Source of the DNA: Planctomycetota bacterium
GTDB taxonomy: Bacteria > Planctomycetota > MHYJ01 > WSZJ01
Length of the DNA stretch: 64,000 bases
Assembly (NCBI GenBank): GCA_038060895.1
Contig: JBBTCT010000001.1
Coordinates: forward strand, 256,001 to 320,000
Direction: 5' to 3'
Within the stretch, counting starts at the first letter, position 1. Each line of letters starts with the position of its first letter. Position numbers and translations under genes: made by a program. Below, one piece after another: positions 1 through 8,732 of the stretch. The notes under the pieces are model-generated. The model saw only the letters and a list, made by a program, of their open reading frames with translations. It was not told the DNA's origin and ran no database searches.

Positions 1-285
1 CGAGATCTCCAGGAGCTCTTGACGCAGTGCGTCAATCAGTTCCCTCGTGACGATCCCGGGATCACGGCGCACTTCCTCCGCCGCCGCCACCATGTCCGTC
101 CGCCGCACGTCGCAGCCGCCGAACACAATCTCGCCCATCGAGGCCAGGTCCAGCTCCTTCAGCCCCGGCAGCTCCGTCACCAGCCCGGTCCGCCCCACGA
201 GCCCCTTCTTGATCCCCTCCGCCCCGCAGACCGCACAGGCGGAGACGCTTCCGTAGGCCCCGATGATCCAGACGCCGGTCTTCAT
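1..285 (-). CDS. ino1: myo-inositol-1-phosphate (inositol-3-phosphate) synthase, 5' part (runs off window edge)
   Basis: Not in the ORF track. Read by hand from ATG at 285: MKTGVWIIGAYGSVSACAVCGAEGIKKGLVGRTGLVTE...IVFGGCDVR, a typical Ino1 Rossmann N-terminus. AGGAGG RBS upstream. Confidence 0.8.
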   Translation of the reverse strand, partial: MKTGVWIIGAYGSVSACAVCGAEGIKKGLVGRTGLVTELPGLKELDLASMGEIVFGGCDVRRTDMVAAAEEVRRDPGIVTRELIDALRQELLEIS

Positions 286-294
286 GTCCGCCTC

Positions 295-1437
295 CTACTT
301 GACGTGATTGGCCGCCTTGTCGAGGGCCAGAAGCGCATACATCGTCGGGATCGTCGGGTTGTCCTCCATCCAGCGCTCAGAACCGATCCACGAGCCGTCG
401 TCCTTCTGAAGCGACGCCAGCTTCGCGGTCAGTTCTTCCGCCCACTTGTGCGTCTCGCCGTCCGAATCCTTGATTTCAGACAGGCCGGCGGCGTCCAGTC
501 CTGACGCGAAGGCGTTGAGGTAGTAGTAGTAGCCCTGCATCTTCATGCCGGGGTTCTCATCGAGCGTGTAGTGCTTCGAGATCCACGCCAGCGCCGCCTT
601 GACGCGCGGGTCGTCCTTCGTGAGTCCGGCGTAGATCAGCGAGCGGTAGCCCTCGTAGGTCATGGAGCCGTACGAGCGGAAGCACTGCTTGCCGTTCGGC
701 AGCGTCTCCTTCTCGGCCTTCGACTCGCCCGGCCGGTAGAAGAAGCCGCCGTCGTCGCCGACCACGAGCCCGAGCTTGTCGAACCCGGGACCGTCGTTCG
801 ACTCGCTGCGGTTCTGGCAGCGCTGCACGAACGTCAGCGCCCGCTTGAACGCCTCGCTGTCTTTCGGCACGTCCGCCGCCGCCAGCGCTTCAAGCATGTA
901 ACTCGTGTTCGACATGTCGCCGCGCGGCGCGTCCTTCTTCTCGTCGTACCCCGCGCCGCCGAAATTCGGGTCGTTCTTGTCCGCCTTCTGCGCACCGCCC
1001 TCCTGGTACTGGAACGCGATCATCCACTTCGTGGCCTTGTCGAGCGCTTCCTTGTATTTCGCCTTGTCCACCGTCGCAAGCGCCGTCGTGGCGATCGCCG
1101 TCTTGTAGTTGGTGAGCTTCGGCACCGCGCCTTCGTTGGCAATGGCGCCGTCGGCCGCCTGGTTCTTGAGCAGGTACGCGCACCCCTTGTCGATCACCTC
1201 GGCGTATTTCTTGCGCCCCTCCGCCGAACCCGCAAGCGCAGCGACGGCCAGACCCGTCATCGCCACGTCCGGCTTCTCCTGGAACGCCGCCGAAGTCCAG
1301 CTCCCGTCCGCCGCCTGCTTCGACGCCAGCCACGCCGCACCCTTGTCCCAGGTCTTCAGAAGATCCTCTTTCGGTCCGGCCTGCCCCGCAGAAACGACGA
1401 GCGCCAGGGCGATGCTTGTGAGAGCAAACCGTCTCAT
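295..1437 (-). CDS. secreted prenyltransferase/squalene-oxidase repeat (terpene cyclase-like alpha/alpha barrel) protein
   Basis: Signal peptide MRRFALTSIALALVVSAGQA; QW-like repeats (QAADGSW, QAADGAI, QKDDGSW); GDMSNT and SYGSMTY motifs; ATGA overlap with upstream gene. Confidence 0.8.
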   Translation of the reverse strand: MRRFALTSIALALVVSAGQAGPKEDLLKTWDKGAAWLASKQAADGSWTSAAFQEKPDVAMTGLAVAALAGSAEGRKKYAEVIDKGCAYLLKNQAADGAIANEGAVPKLTNYKTAIATTALATVDKAKYKEALDKATKWMIAFQYQEGGAQKADKNDPNFGGAGYDEKKDAPRGDMSNTSYMLEALAAADVPKDSEAFKRALTFVQRCQNRSESNDGPGFDKLGLVVGDDGGFFYRPGESKAEKETLPNGKQCFRSYGSMTYEGYRSLIYAGLTKDDPRVKAALAWISKHYTLDENPGMKMQGYYYYLNAFASGLDAAGLSEIKDSDGETHKWAEELTAKLASLQKDDGSWIGSERWMEDNPTIPTMYALLALDKAANHVK

Positions 1438-2423
1438 TTCCGATCCTCCGAGAAGTAGTGGGTGACCGCGGAATCGTAGTCCGCCGGCCAGGTCGCCTGC
1501 AGAAGAGCGCGCGGATCCGCGGGGGCAATGGCCGCGATCGCAGGAGAGGCAGTATCGGGGAGGGCGCGAAAGTTGTCGAGGGCGCCCTCGCCGGCGTTCA
1601 CGGCAGGGGCACCGCCGGGAATGCCGGTTGCCGCGCCGTCGGCCGCGGCCTCCGTCAGGAGGGCGCTTCCGGCGGCGAGACGATCCGCGAGTCGCTCGAG
1701 AGCACGGGCGGCTTCGGGGTCCGAAGTGCGAAGCGAGGCGATCACGGCTCGGAGCCGCGCGGCCTCGCGGGCGAATTCCGCGGCGGCCTTTCCAGGGTCC
1801 GATCCGCCGTCCGCATGGGCCAGCGCCTCGGCGCTCCGGGCCGCCGCCTCGGCGTCCGCCGAACCCGACTTTGCGGCTGCCGCCACCGCTTCGGCGGCGC
1901 TGCGGGCGAGACGTTCGCGCTCCTCGCTGACCATTCTCGGGCCACGCGTCTCGCGTGTCGCGGAGGCAGGTTGCGCGGGAGCGGCGAGGGCGAAGAGGGC
2001 GAGGGCGGCCGCGGCAAGGGCGGCCAGCGCGTCGCGCCGCCGGAACGTCCATGGGAAAAGGGCGGGACGCAGGGAAGCGACGCCGTCGGACACGATCCGA
2101 GAGGCGATTTCACCCCTGTCCTTGTGCGCCGCGACTTCCCACGCAGTGGCGAGGCGATCCCCGGCGCCGACGGAGCGGTCCAGCGCGACGGCCGCTTCCG
2201 CCAGCGTGACGCGCGTCAGCGCTCCCCAGGCGGCCCCGGCCGAAGCGCCGGCCACGACGGCGAGAAGGGCGGGCCAGCCGGGTGCGCCAGCCCACGCGGC
2301 GGCGGCCAGGCCGGCGGCGGGCACGGAAGCGAGCGCCGCCCCGGCCACGGCCCGGCGCGCCGAGAGCCGGCCGTGAAGCCGGTCCCTCGCATCGCCCACC
2401 GCCCGCCGGAGCTTCGCGTTCAT
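1434..2423 (-). CDS. hypothetical membrane protein (Ala-rich)
   Basis: N-terminal hydrophobic segments and a DRLATAWE motif; ATGA overlaps with both neighbours. Confidence 0.7.
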   Translation of the reverse strand: MNAKLRRAVGDARDRLHGRLSARRAVAGAALASVPAAGLAAAAWAGAPGWPALLAVVAGASAGAAWGALTRVTLAEAAVALDRSVGAGDRLATAWEVAAHKDRGEIASRIVSDGVASLRPALFPWTFRRRDALAALAAAALALFALAAPAQPASATRETRGPRMVSEERERLARSAAEAVAAAAKSGSADAEAAARSAEALAHADGGSDPGKAAAEFAREAARLRAVIASLRTSDPEAARALERLADRLAAGSALLTEAAADGAATGIPGGAPAVNAGEGALDNFRALPDTASPAIAAIAPADPRALLQATWPADYDSAVTHYFSEDRK

Positions 2424-3298
2424 TTATCTTCGCCGGCTTTCGGGCCGCCGTTGTCCGGCACCGGCTCTGCGCCCTTCTGGTCCGGCGCCGTCTCCTCGAT
2501 GTCCTTCCACTCCTTTTCGATGTTTTTCGTGTATTCCTTGTCCGCATCCGCCTCGATCGTCGCCATCTCCTTCAGCGCCGCTTCGTCCGGAACTTCGATC
2601 GCCATGATGATCCTGGTCCCGCGCGGCGGGAGGAGGTCGAGGTTCGGATGGAGCATGCGGTCGTCGCCGCCCGAGACGAGCGGGTTGTCGAGGACGGAGG
2701 TGGGGTCATGGAGCGTCGCGATCAGCGTGCGCTCGCGATTCGCCATGTAGATCGTCTCGCCGGTTTTCTCGTTTGTGTCCGGGTCGATGCGTTCCCACAC
2801 CATGCTCCCCGCGAACGTCCACCCGACGCGCGGCATCGTCCGCTTCGCGGCCGGCGGCCCGTACGTGAGCAGGTCCTCAGCGCGCACGCGGTGCTTCTTG
2901 CTGTCGATCTCCCACTCGATCCAGATCACGACCTTGTCGCCGACCGGCTTGGCGGGGTCGCCCAGTCCACGGGGGCCCTTCTGGTCCGGGAAGTCCGACT
3001 GCTGCTTGAGCCCGAAAATCAGAAGCGCGAAGTGGACGTCCTGGGGCACGCATTGAAGCGAGAGGACGGCCTCGTGTTCCTTGCCGTTGGTGGCGCAGGC
3101 GAAAAGCTCGATGGGAGCGCGCGTCGGGTAAACCGCGACGCCGTCGATTTCGATGCGCTTCTTCTTGGGGTAGGCGCGCCCGCCTCCAGGGAACTTGATA
3201 ACCTTTTCCTCTTCCGGCTTCGGCTCGGGTTTGGGCTCTTCGGCGGAAGAGCAGGCAGCGAGGGTGGCGACGAGGGCGACGGTGAGGAGGTGCTTCAT
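2420..3298 (-). CDS. YdjY-domain lipoprotein
   Basis: Lipobox LAAC; IELFAC..GKEHEAVL..PQDVHFALL..G and WTFAGS motifs; GGAG RBS. Confidence 0.75.
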   Translation of the reverse strand: MKHLLTVALVATLAACSSAEEPKPEPKPEEEKVIKFPGGGRAYPKKKRIEIDGVAVYPTRAPIELFACATNGKEHEAVLSLQCVPQDVHFALLIFGLKQQSDFPDQKGPRGLGDPAKPVGDKVVIWIEWEIDSKKHRVRAEDLLTYGPPAAKRTMPRVGWTFAGSMVWERIDPDTNEKTGETIYMANRERTLIATLHDPTSVLDNPLVSGGDDRMLHPNLDLLPPRGTRIIMAIEVPDEAALKEMATIEADADKEYTKNIEKEWKDIEETAPDQKGAEPVPDNGGPKAGEDK

Positions 3299-3431
3299 GG
3301 GAAGGATTTCTCCGAGGGTATTCTTCGGAACGTTATGGCGGAGACAGAGTTCAGCGGTAAGAGGTAGCAACGGGCGGACCCAACGCATGACGGCTGTCGG
3401 GATGTAATCCTATGGTACACCTGTACTTAAG

Positions 3432-3467
3432 AGTATATCAAAACGACATAGTCTAAATGAAACGACA
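3432..3467 (-). promoter_or_regulatory. putative extended -10 promoter (TGATATACT) with TGTCGTTT direct repeats
   Basis: AT-rich patch; minus strand TGnTATACT at 3432-3440; AAACGACA at 3441-3448 and 3460-3467. Confidence 0.5.
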
Positions 3468-3480
3468 AATTGGCCACTTT

Positions 3481-4104
3481 TTAATCACCTGGTTCCCCAC
3501 GCGCCACCTGACGCCTGAAGAGCGCCTGATCCTCCCCCATCTGCATCAGCACCTTTCCGACCACGAAGTCCACAAGATCTCCGACGGTCTTGGGCAAATG
3601 GTAGAACCCCGGCATCGCCGGAAGCACGCAGGCCCCTGCCCGCGCAACGCGCGCCATGTTCTCCATCCCGATCAGCGACAGCGGCGTCTCCCGCGCGACG
3701 AGGATCAGGTTTCGCCGCTCCTTCAGCTGCACGTCCGCCGCGCGTTCGATCAGGTTCGCACCTGTCCCCGCCGCGATCCGCCCCAGGGTCCCCATGCTGC
3801 ACGGGATCACCACCATCGCATCCACCACGTACGACCCGCTCGCGATCCCGGCGCCGATATTGTCGAGCGCTTCGTATCGGAAATTTGACGGCTCCTTGCC
3901 GATCAGCCCGCGCATCACGCTGCGACCATCGGAGATATCGACTGTCTCGCCGAGTTCCTCCCGCACCACCCGCGCGCCGGCCGCGCTCATCAACAAATGC
4001 ACGCGCGCGTCCTTTCGCTTCGCCAGCACCTGGCAGAGACGGCGCGCATAGAGCGCGCCGCTGGCGCCGGTCACGGCGACCGTGAAGGCCTTCTTCTTGC
4101 TCAT
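3481..4104 (-). CDS. ubiX: flavin prenyltransferase UbiX
   Basis: VAVTGASGA, GIASGS, PCSMGTL, RAADVQLKERR, RETPLS and PAMPGFYH motifs. Confidence 0.95.
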   Translation of the reverse strand: MSKKKAFTVAVTGASGALYARRLCQVLAKRKDARVHLLMSAAGARVVREELGETVDISDGRSVMRGLIGKEPSNFRYEALDNIGAGIASGSYVVDAMVVIPCSMGTLGRIAAGTGANLIERAADVQLKERRNLILVARETPLSLIGMENMARVARAGACVLPAMPGFYHLPKTVGDLVDFVVGKVLMQMGEDQALFRRQVARGEPGD

Positions 4105-4124
4105 GGCTTTTCTTTTCTCTGACT

Positions 4125-4241
4125 GAGCGGGAGAAAGACGTCCGCGTGACTCGTGCGAGACGGGCCCTTGAGAGAATCGCCTCTCGCAAAACCACCAGCC
4201 GGCCCGGCTCGCATGAGTCGCCGGACGTCTTTCTCCCGCTC
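4125..4241. repeat. long imperfect palindrome (arms about 40 bp), GCGGGAG-terminal family
   Basis: GAGCGGGAGAAAGACGTCCG...CGGACGTCTTTCTCCCGCTC; resembles 33575-33692. Confidence 0.85.
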
Positions 4242-4243
4242 GC

Positions 4244-5197
4244 TCACTCCATGGCTTCCAGGTCATCAAGGGGCACGCACGGCGCCCCGAGCAGCTGCTC
4301 GCCCACACCCGCCGCCAGCACCCCCGGCCGCGGCACCGGCCCCGCCGCCTGGTGCACGAACCACCGCGTGTACCGGTCGAATTCCGCTTCGTCGTCGAAG
4401 ATGATCTCGTGCAGCTCCGCCCCGGCCAGGAAGTCCTTCGATATCTTCGTCAGGAGCGCATGCGGCAGGCGCGCGAAGAAGTCGTTCGCGAGAATCCGGA
4501 AATTGTCCATCGACGTCTTCCGCGCCCGCGCGCCGAGCCCGTCATAGCAGAATTCGTGGCGCGCAATCCGGTACCGCTTCAGCGGCTCAAACGACCACAG
4601 CTCGATGACTCCCCTCGTCTGGTCCCGGTAGAGCGCGTCCAGCTCCTTCTTCTCCAGCTTCGGCTTCGTCCGCGCGCGCTCCTTCACGTCCGTCGCTTCA
4701 CGCTGGTCCCTGCGAAGCGCCCGCGACGCGAGCTTCCGGCGCACTTCGTCCTTCACTTCCGGGTCGTCAATGGCCCAGATCGGCGGGAGTTCCTTGAATC
4801 CGGAACTCGTCAGGAATTCTTCGTACTGGGGTGTTGCGACGATGCCGATGGACATGAAGTGGATTGCTTTCCACGGGATCGGGTCAGCCGTGCGCAGATG
4901 GCTGGTGTGAGCCTGAAAGGCATTCTCCTGGAGCTGTCCGCCGATGACGGAACGGGGCCGGGGGGGCTTCGCCAGCTCGGCCTGCGGCACGACCTCGGCC
5001 TCGATCCCGAGCTTGTTCAGCAGTTCGGCGACTGTCTTCGCACGCGCGTCGTCGAGGTGTTCCTGGAACACGCCGCGCGCCTTGCGCACCACGAGCCTCA
5101 CGTCGTTCAGCGTGAGCCCCTGCGCATCGGCGAGCGGCCGCGCCACCGAGGGCACGTCGAGGCGGACGTCCTTTTTGAGAATCACCGCGCTTGGCAT
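4244..5197 (-). CDS. hypothetical protein
   Basis: 317-aa ORF with host-like codon usage; TACAAT 9 nt upstream of ATG. Confidence 0.8.
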   Translation of the reverse strand: MPSAVILKKDVRLDVPSVARPLADAQGLTLNDVRLVVRKARGVFQEHLDDARAKTVAELLNKLGIEAEVVPQAELAKPPRPRSVIGGQLQENAFQAHTSHLRTADPIPWKAIHFMSIGIVATPQYEEFLTSSGFKELPPIWAIDDPEVKDEVRRKLASRALRRDQREATDVKERARTKPKLEKKELDALYRDQTRGVIELWSFEPLKRYRIARHEFCYDGLGARARKTSMDNFRILANDFFARLPHALLTKISKDFLAGAELHEIIFDDEAEFDRYTRWFVHQAAGPVPRPGVLAAGVGEQLLGAPCVPLDDLEAME

Positions 5198-5254
5198 CGT
5201 CCCGCGATTGTATGAACCCGGCTATGACGTTGCCAGCAGCCGGCGAACAAGGCG

Positions 5255-6295
5255 TCACTTCACGTTCAGTTTCTCTTCCAGCATGCGGTCGTTCCCGGCG
5301 CGCACCACGTTGCCGTCGGGATCAATCAGCACCATCACCGGCAGCGTCTCGATCCCCCACGCCTTCCACGTCTCCCCCGTCGAGTCGAGCAGCACGGGGA
5401 ACGGAGGATCTTCGCCCCCCCACGGTCCCGCCTTCACCTTCGCGATCTTCGCGTCGTACTCCGCCCACGTCTTCGCCGTCGGGTCGTGCAGCGCGAGAAT
5501 CGCGAACTTCGAAACGTCGTCCTTGCGCCGCGCGAGCAGGTCCTTGAGCCTCGGGAAGATCACACGCGTCGCGTCGTCCATCGCCGAGCCCCAGAACACC
5601 ACGAGCACCCACTTCCCCTTGAGATCCGTCAGCTTGACCCCCGCCTCTGTCCCCCGCGCCGAGGTGGCGGCAAACGCGGGCGGCGCCTTCCCCCACGCCT
5701 TCGCAATCGCCGTCGGCTCCAGCTCCAGCGTTCCCAGATCCACCGGCTTGCCGCCGTCTTCAACTTTGAACGGTTTCCTGAACTCGCGCGCGTCGTAGGC
5801 CACCGCCAGGGCTTCGAACTCCCCCGGGGGAAGCGGAACCGTGAACTTGTCGTCCTTCAGCGTCATCCGCACCACGCGCGCCCCCGATGGCCGGGCCTCG
5901 ACAATGATCGTGGTCGTGCCGAGCGACGGCCCGATCGTCGGGCAAGCGAGCACTCCAGAAACTTCGGCCAGCGGCGCCATCTTCAGGTCGATCTTCAGCG
6001 GATTCGTGATGTCCTTCTCTTCCAGCACCACCATCGCCCCGTTCTTTCGCGCCGCGTCCATCGCCACGAGCGCCATCGGGCGCTTGATCCAGAAGATCTC
6101 GTTCGCGTACCCCCCGTCGGCTCCGGGCTTCCAGGTCTGAAGCGGGAGCAGCTTGCCTCCGCGGTTGTTCCACTCGGCGCCGAAATCTGCCCCGGGCGAA
6201 GGCTTGCCGTCCGGACCTGTGATCGTCCCGCTGATGTGGACACCGTCGGCGGCGGCTGAGGTTGCAAGAAGGGCGAGGACCAGCAGGTTTCTCAT
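5255..6295 (-). CDS. secreted protein with beta-sandwich domains and a TlpA/redoxin-like domain lacking CxxC
   Basis: Signal peptide; LTDLKGKWVLVVFWGS...WGIETLPVMVLIDPDGNV thioredoxin-fold signature; GAGGAG RBS. Confidence 0.8.
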   Translation of the reverse strand: MRNLLVLALLATSAAADGVHISGTITGPDGKPSPGADFGAEWNNRGGKLLPLQTWKPGADGGYANEIFWIKRPMALVAMDAARKNGAMVVLEEKDITNPLKIDLKMAPLAEVSGVLACPTIGPSLGTTTIIVEARPSGARVVRMTLKDDKFTVPLPPGEFEALAVAYDAREFRKPFKVEDGGKPVDLGTLELEPTAIAKAWGKAPPAFAATSARGTEAGVKLTDLKGKWVLVVFWGSAMDDATRVIFPRLKDLLARRKDDVSKFAILALHDPTAKTWAEYDAKIAKVKAGPWGGEDPPFPVLLDSTGETWKAWGIETLPVMVLIDPDGNVVRAGNDRMLEEKLNVK

Positions 6296-6350
6296 GACTC
6301 CTCATTGAACCTTGCCCGCGGCGGCTTCGACCGGATAATCGTCGCCGGAC

Positions 6351-6376
6351 AGATCCTCGATCACCGCCGGCGCGTA
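6351..6376 (+). promoter_or_regulatory. putative ECF (RpoE/ChrR-type) promoter AGATCC-N15-GCGTA
   Basis: One mismatch to the TGATCC-N15-GCGTA consensus as I recall it for alphaproteobacterial sigmaE; 17 nt before the desaturase ATG. Confidence 0.45.
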
Positions 6377-6393
6377 GTTCAGGCATCGCTTTC

Positions 6394-7251
6394 ATGGCCC
6401 AGATCACCCTCGAGCAACCGGCCGTTCGCGCGGCCGGGCCGCGCCCGAAGAACCGCGCCCCGCGGCTCACGGTGATGTCGGCTCTGTTCTTCGGCATGCA
6501 CGCAGCCGCAATCGTCGCCGTGTTCTTCGTGCCGTTTGCCTGGAAGTGGGTCGGGCTCGCCGTCGCGACCTATTCGGTGCGGATGTTCGCGATCACGGCG
6601 GGATTTCACCGGTACTTCAGCCATCGCACGTACCGCCTCGGGCGCGTTTCGCAGTTCCTGATGGCGTTCCTCGCGGAGACGTCGGCGCAGAAGGGCGTGC
6701 TCTGGTGGGCTGCGAACCACCGCGAGCACCACCGGCATTCGGACGAGGTCGAAGACCACCATTCGCCGCTGCTCGACGGGTTCTGGTGGTCGCACGTCGG
6801 GTGGATCCTGTCGGACGAATACGACGACGTGGACGAGACCGTGGTCGCGGACCTCGCGAAGTATCCCGAGATCCGCTTCATCAGCCGCCACCACTGGATC
6901 CCTCCGTTCGTCCTCGGGACGGGCCTCTACCTCGCCGGCGGCTGGCCCGCGTTCATCTGGGGATTCCTCGTCTCGACGGTCGTGCTGTACCACTGCACCT
7001 TCACGATCAACTCTCTCGCGCACCTCTTCGGCTCGCGCCGCTACCCGACCGCCGACGGCAGCCGGAACAACTGGCTGCTGGCGCTCATCACGTTCGGCGA
7101 AGGCTGGCACAACAACCACCATCACTATCAGTACGCCTGCCGCCAGGGCGTGAAGTGGTGGGAGTACGATCTGACGTTTTACGTGCTGAAGATGCTCTCC
7201 TTCGCCGGGATCGTGCGCGACATGCGCCCCTGGCGACCGGCGGGCGAATGA
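6394..7251 (+). CDS. acyl-CoA/acyl-lipid delta-9-type fatty acid desaturase
   Basis: His boxes HRYFSH, HREHH and GEGWHNNHH. Confidence 0.93.
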   Translation: MAQITLEQPAVRAAGPRPKNRAPRLTVMSALFFGMHAAAIVAVFFVPFAWKWVGLAVATYSVRMFAITAGFHRYFSHRTYRLGRVSQFLMAFLAETSAQKGVLWWAANHREHHRHSDEVEDHHSPLLDGFWWSHVGWILSDEYDDVDETVVADLAKYPEIRFISRHHWIPPFVLGTGLYLAGGWPAFIWGFLVSTVVLYHCTFTINSLAHLFGSRRYPTADGSRNNWLLALITFGEGWHNNHHHYQYACRQGVKWWEYDLTFYVLKMLSFAGIVRDMRPWRPAGE

Positions 7252-7252
7252 A

Positions 7253-7344
7253 GAACATCTGCGGGCGGGCAGGCGGGCGAACGACCCAGCATTCGTTGCC
7301 GTGCTTGCCCGCTCGCCAGCTTGCCCGCTCGCCCGCAGCCGTTC
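7253..7344. repeat. repeat-armed palindrome (GCGGGCRA-type 4/8-mer units)
   Basis: GAACATCTGCGGGCGGGCAGGCGGGCG...CTTGCCCGCTCGCCCGCAGCCGTTC. Confidence 0.7.
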
Positions 7345-7372
7345 CCGCCCTCTCGCCCGCGCCGGCTTCGTC

Positions 7373-8623
7373 ATGAGCCGCGTAGCGATCATCGGCTCCG
7401 GCATCGCGGGTCTCGCTTCGGCTTACCTTCTCAGTCGGCGGCACGAGGTCTCGCTGTTCGAGCGCGAACCCCGGCTCGGCGGGCACACGCATACGCAGGA
7501 GGTCGAGGGACCGGAAGGTCCCCTGAAAGTGGACACGGGATTCATCGTCCACAACGAGGCCAACTATCCGCTTCTTTCCCGGATGCTGCGCGAACTCAAC
7601 ATCCCGACCGCCGCGAGCGACATGTCCTTCGGCGTCTCTTCGGGCGCCGGTGGACTGACCTGGTGCTCGCGCGGACTCAATGGCCTCTTCTCCCAGCGCC
7701 GGAACCTCGTCCGCCCCGCGTTCTACTCCCTGCTCCGGGAAATCGGGCGCTTCAACGAAACCGCCCAGCGCCTCCTCGACGAACCCGAAGCCGACGCCTG
7801 GACGCTCGGCACCTGGCTCAACCGGGAACGCTACTCCACCGACTTTCGCGAGCACTACCTCGTCCCGATGGCCGCTTCGGTGTGGAGCACTTCCGCGGGA
7901 GACATGCTGAAGTTTCCCGCGGCGACGCTTGTGCGGTTCTTCCGGAACCACGGGTTCCTCGGTGTGAGGACGCAGCACAAGTGGCGGACGATCCCGGGAG
8001 GGTGCTCGCGGTACATCGACCCGCTCGTGCGGTCGTTCCGGGACCGGGTGCACCTCGGGAAACCCGTCCAGCGCGTGGAGAGGACGGCGGCGGAAGTGAC
8101 GGTCCGGGTGGAAGGAATGCCGGCGATGATGTTCGACGAGCTGGTGTTCGCGTGCCATGGGGACGAAGTGCTGCCGATGCTGGCGGAGCCGTCGCAGATG
8201 GAGCGCGAGGTCTTCAAGGCGTTCACGACGAACCGGAACGATGTTGTGCTTCACACGGACACGTCGGTGATGCCGGCAAAGCGGCGGGCGTGGGCGTCGT
8301 GGAACCACCTGCGGACGGCGGGGGCGGAAGGGCGGCCGGTGGTGACGTACCACATGAACCGGTTGCAGCCGCTGGCGACGAAGACGGACTGGCTGGTGAG
8401 CCTGAACGCCGGGGCGCTCGTGAGGGAGGACCGGGTGGCGAGGAAGATGGTCTACCACCATCCGCTGTTCACGATGGAAGCGATCAAGGCGCAGGGGAGA
8501 TGGCAGGAAGTGAGCGGGAGGAATCGGACGCATTACTGCGGGGCGTACTGGGGGTATGGGTTTCATGAGGACGGGCTGAGGAGTGCTGTGAGGGTGGCGC
8601 AGAGGATGGGGATTGATTGGTAA
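7373..8623 (+). CDS. FAD-dependent oxidoreductase (amine-oxidase-like; UfaD-like)
   Basis: VAIIGSGIAG, RLGGHTHT, VDTGFIVHN and CGAYWGYGFHEDG motifs. Confidence 0.9.
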   Translation: MSRVAIIGSGIAGLASAYLLSRRHEVSLFEREPRLGGHTHTQEVEGPEGPLKVDTGFIVHNEANYPLLSRMLRELNIPTAASDMSFGVSSGAGGLTWCSRGLNGLFSQRRNLVRPAFYSLLREIGRFNETAQRLLDEPEADAWTLGTWLNRERYSTDFREHYLVPMAASVWSTSAGDMLKFPAATLVRFFRNHGFLGVRTQHKWRTIPGGCSRYIDPLVRSFRDRVHLGKPVQRVERTAAEVTVRVEGMPAMMFDELVFACHGDEVLPMLAEPSQMEREVFKAFTTNRNDVVLHTDTSVMPAKRRAWASWNHLRTAGAEGRPVVTYHMNRLQPLATKTDWLVSLNAGALVREDRVARKMVYHHPLFTMEAIKAQGRWQEVSGRNRTHYCGAYWGYGFHEDGLRSAVRVAQRMGIDW

Positions 8624-8630
8624 TGCGAAA

Positions 8631-8714
8631 GACAACTCCAACTCCCAACCCCAACCCCAACCCCAACTCCAAAACGACGCCGTTTTGGGGTTGGGGTTGG
8701 GATTTGGAGTTGTC
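8631..8714. repeat. repeat-armed palindrome (CCCCAA/TTGGGG hexamer units)
   Basis: GACAACTCCAACTCCCAACCCCAACCCCAA...TTGGGGTTGGGGTTGGGATTTGGAGTTGTC. Confidence 0.9.
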
Positions 8715-8732
8715 GTCAAAGGCCGCTCGCTG

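Noticed and set aside
3431-3465. AT-rich stretch vaguely like a type II CRISPR repeat (TTTAGACTATGTCGTTTTG on the minus strand)
   Set aside because: Single copy with no spacers and no cas genes; better explained as a promoter.
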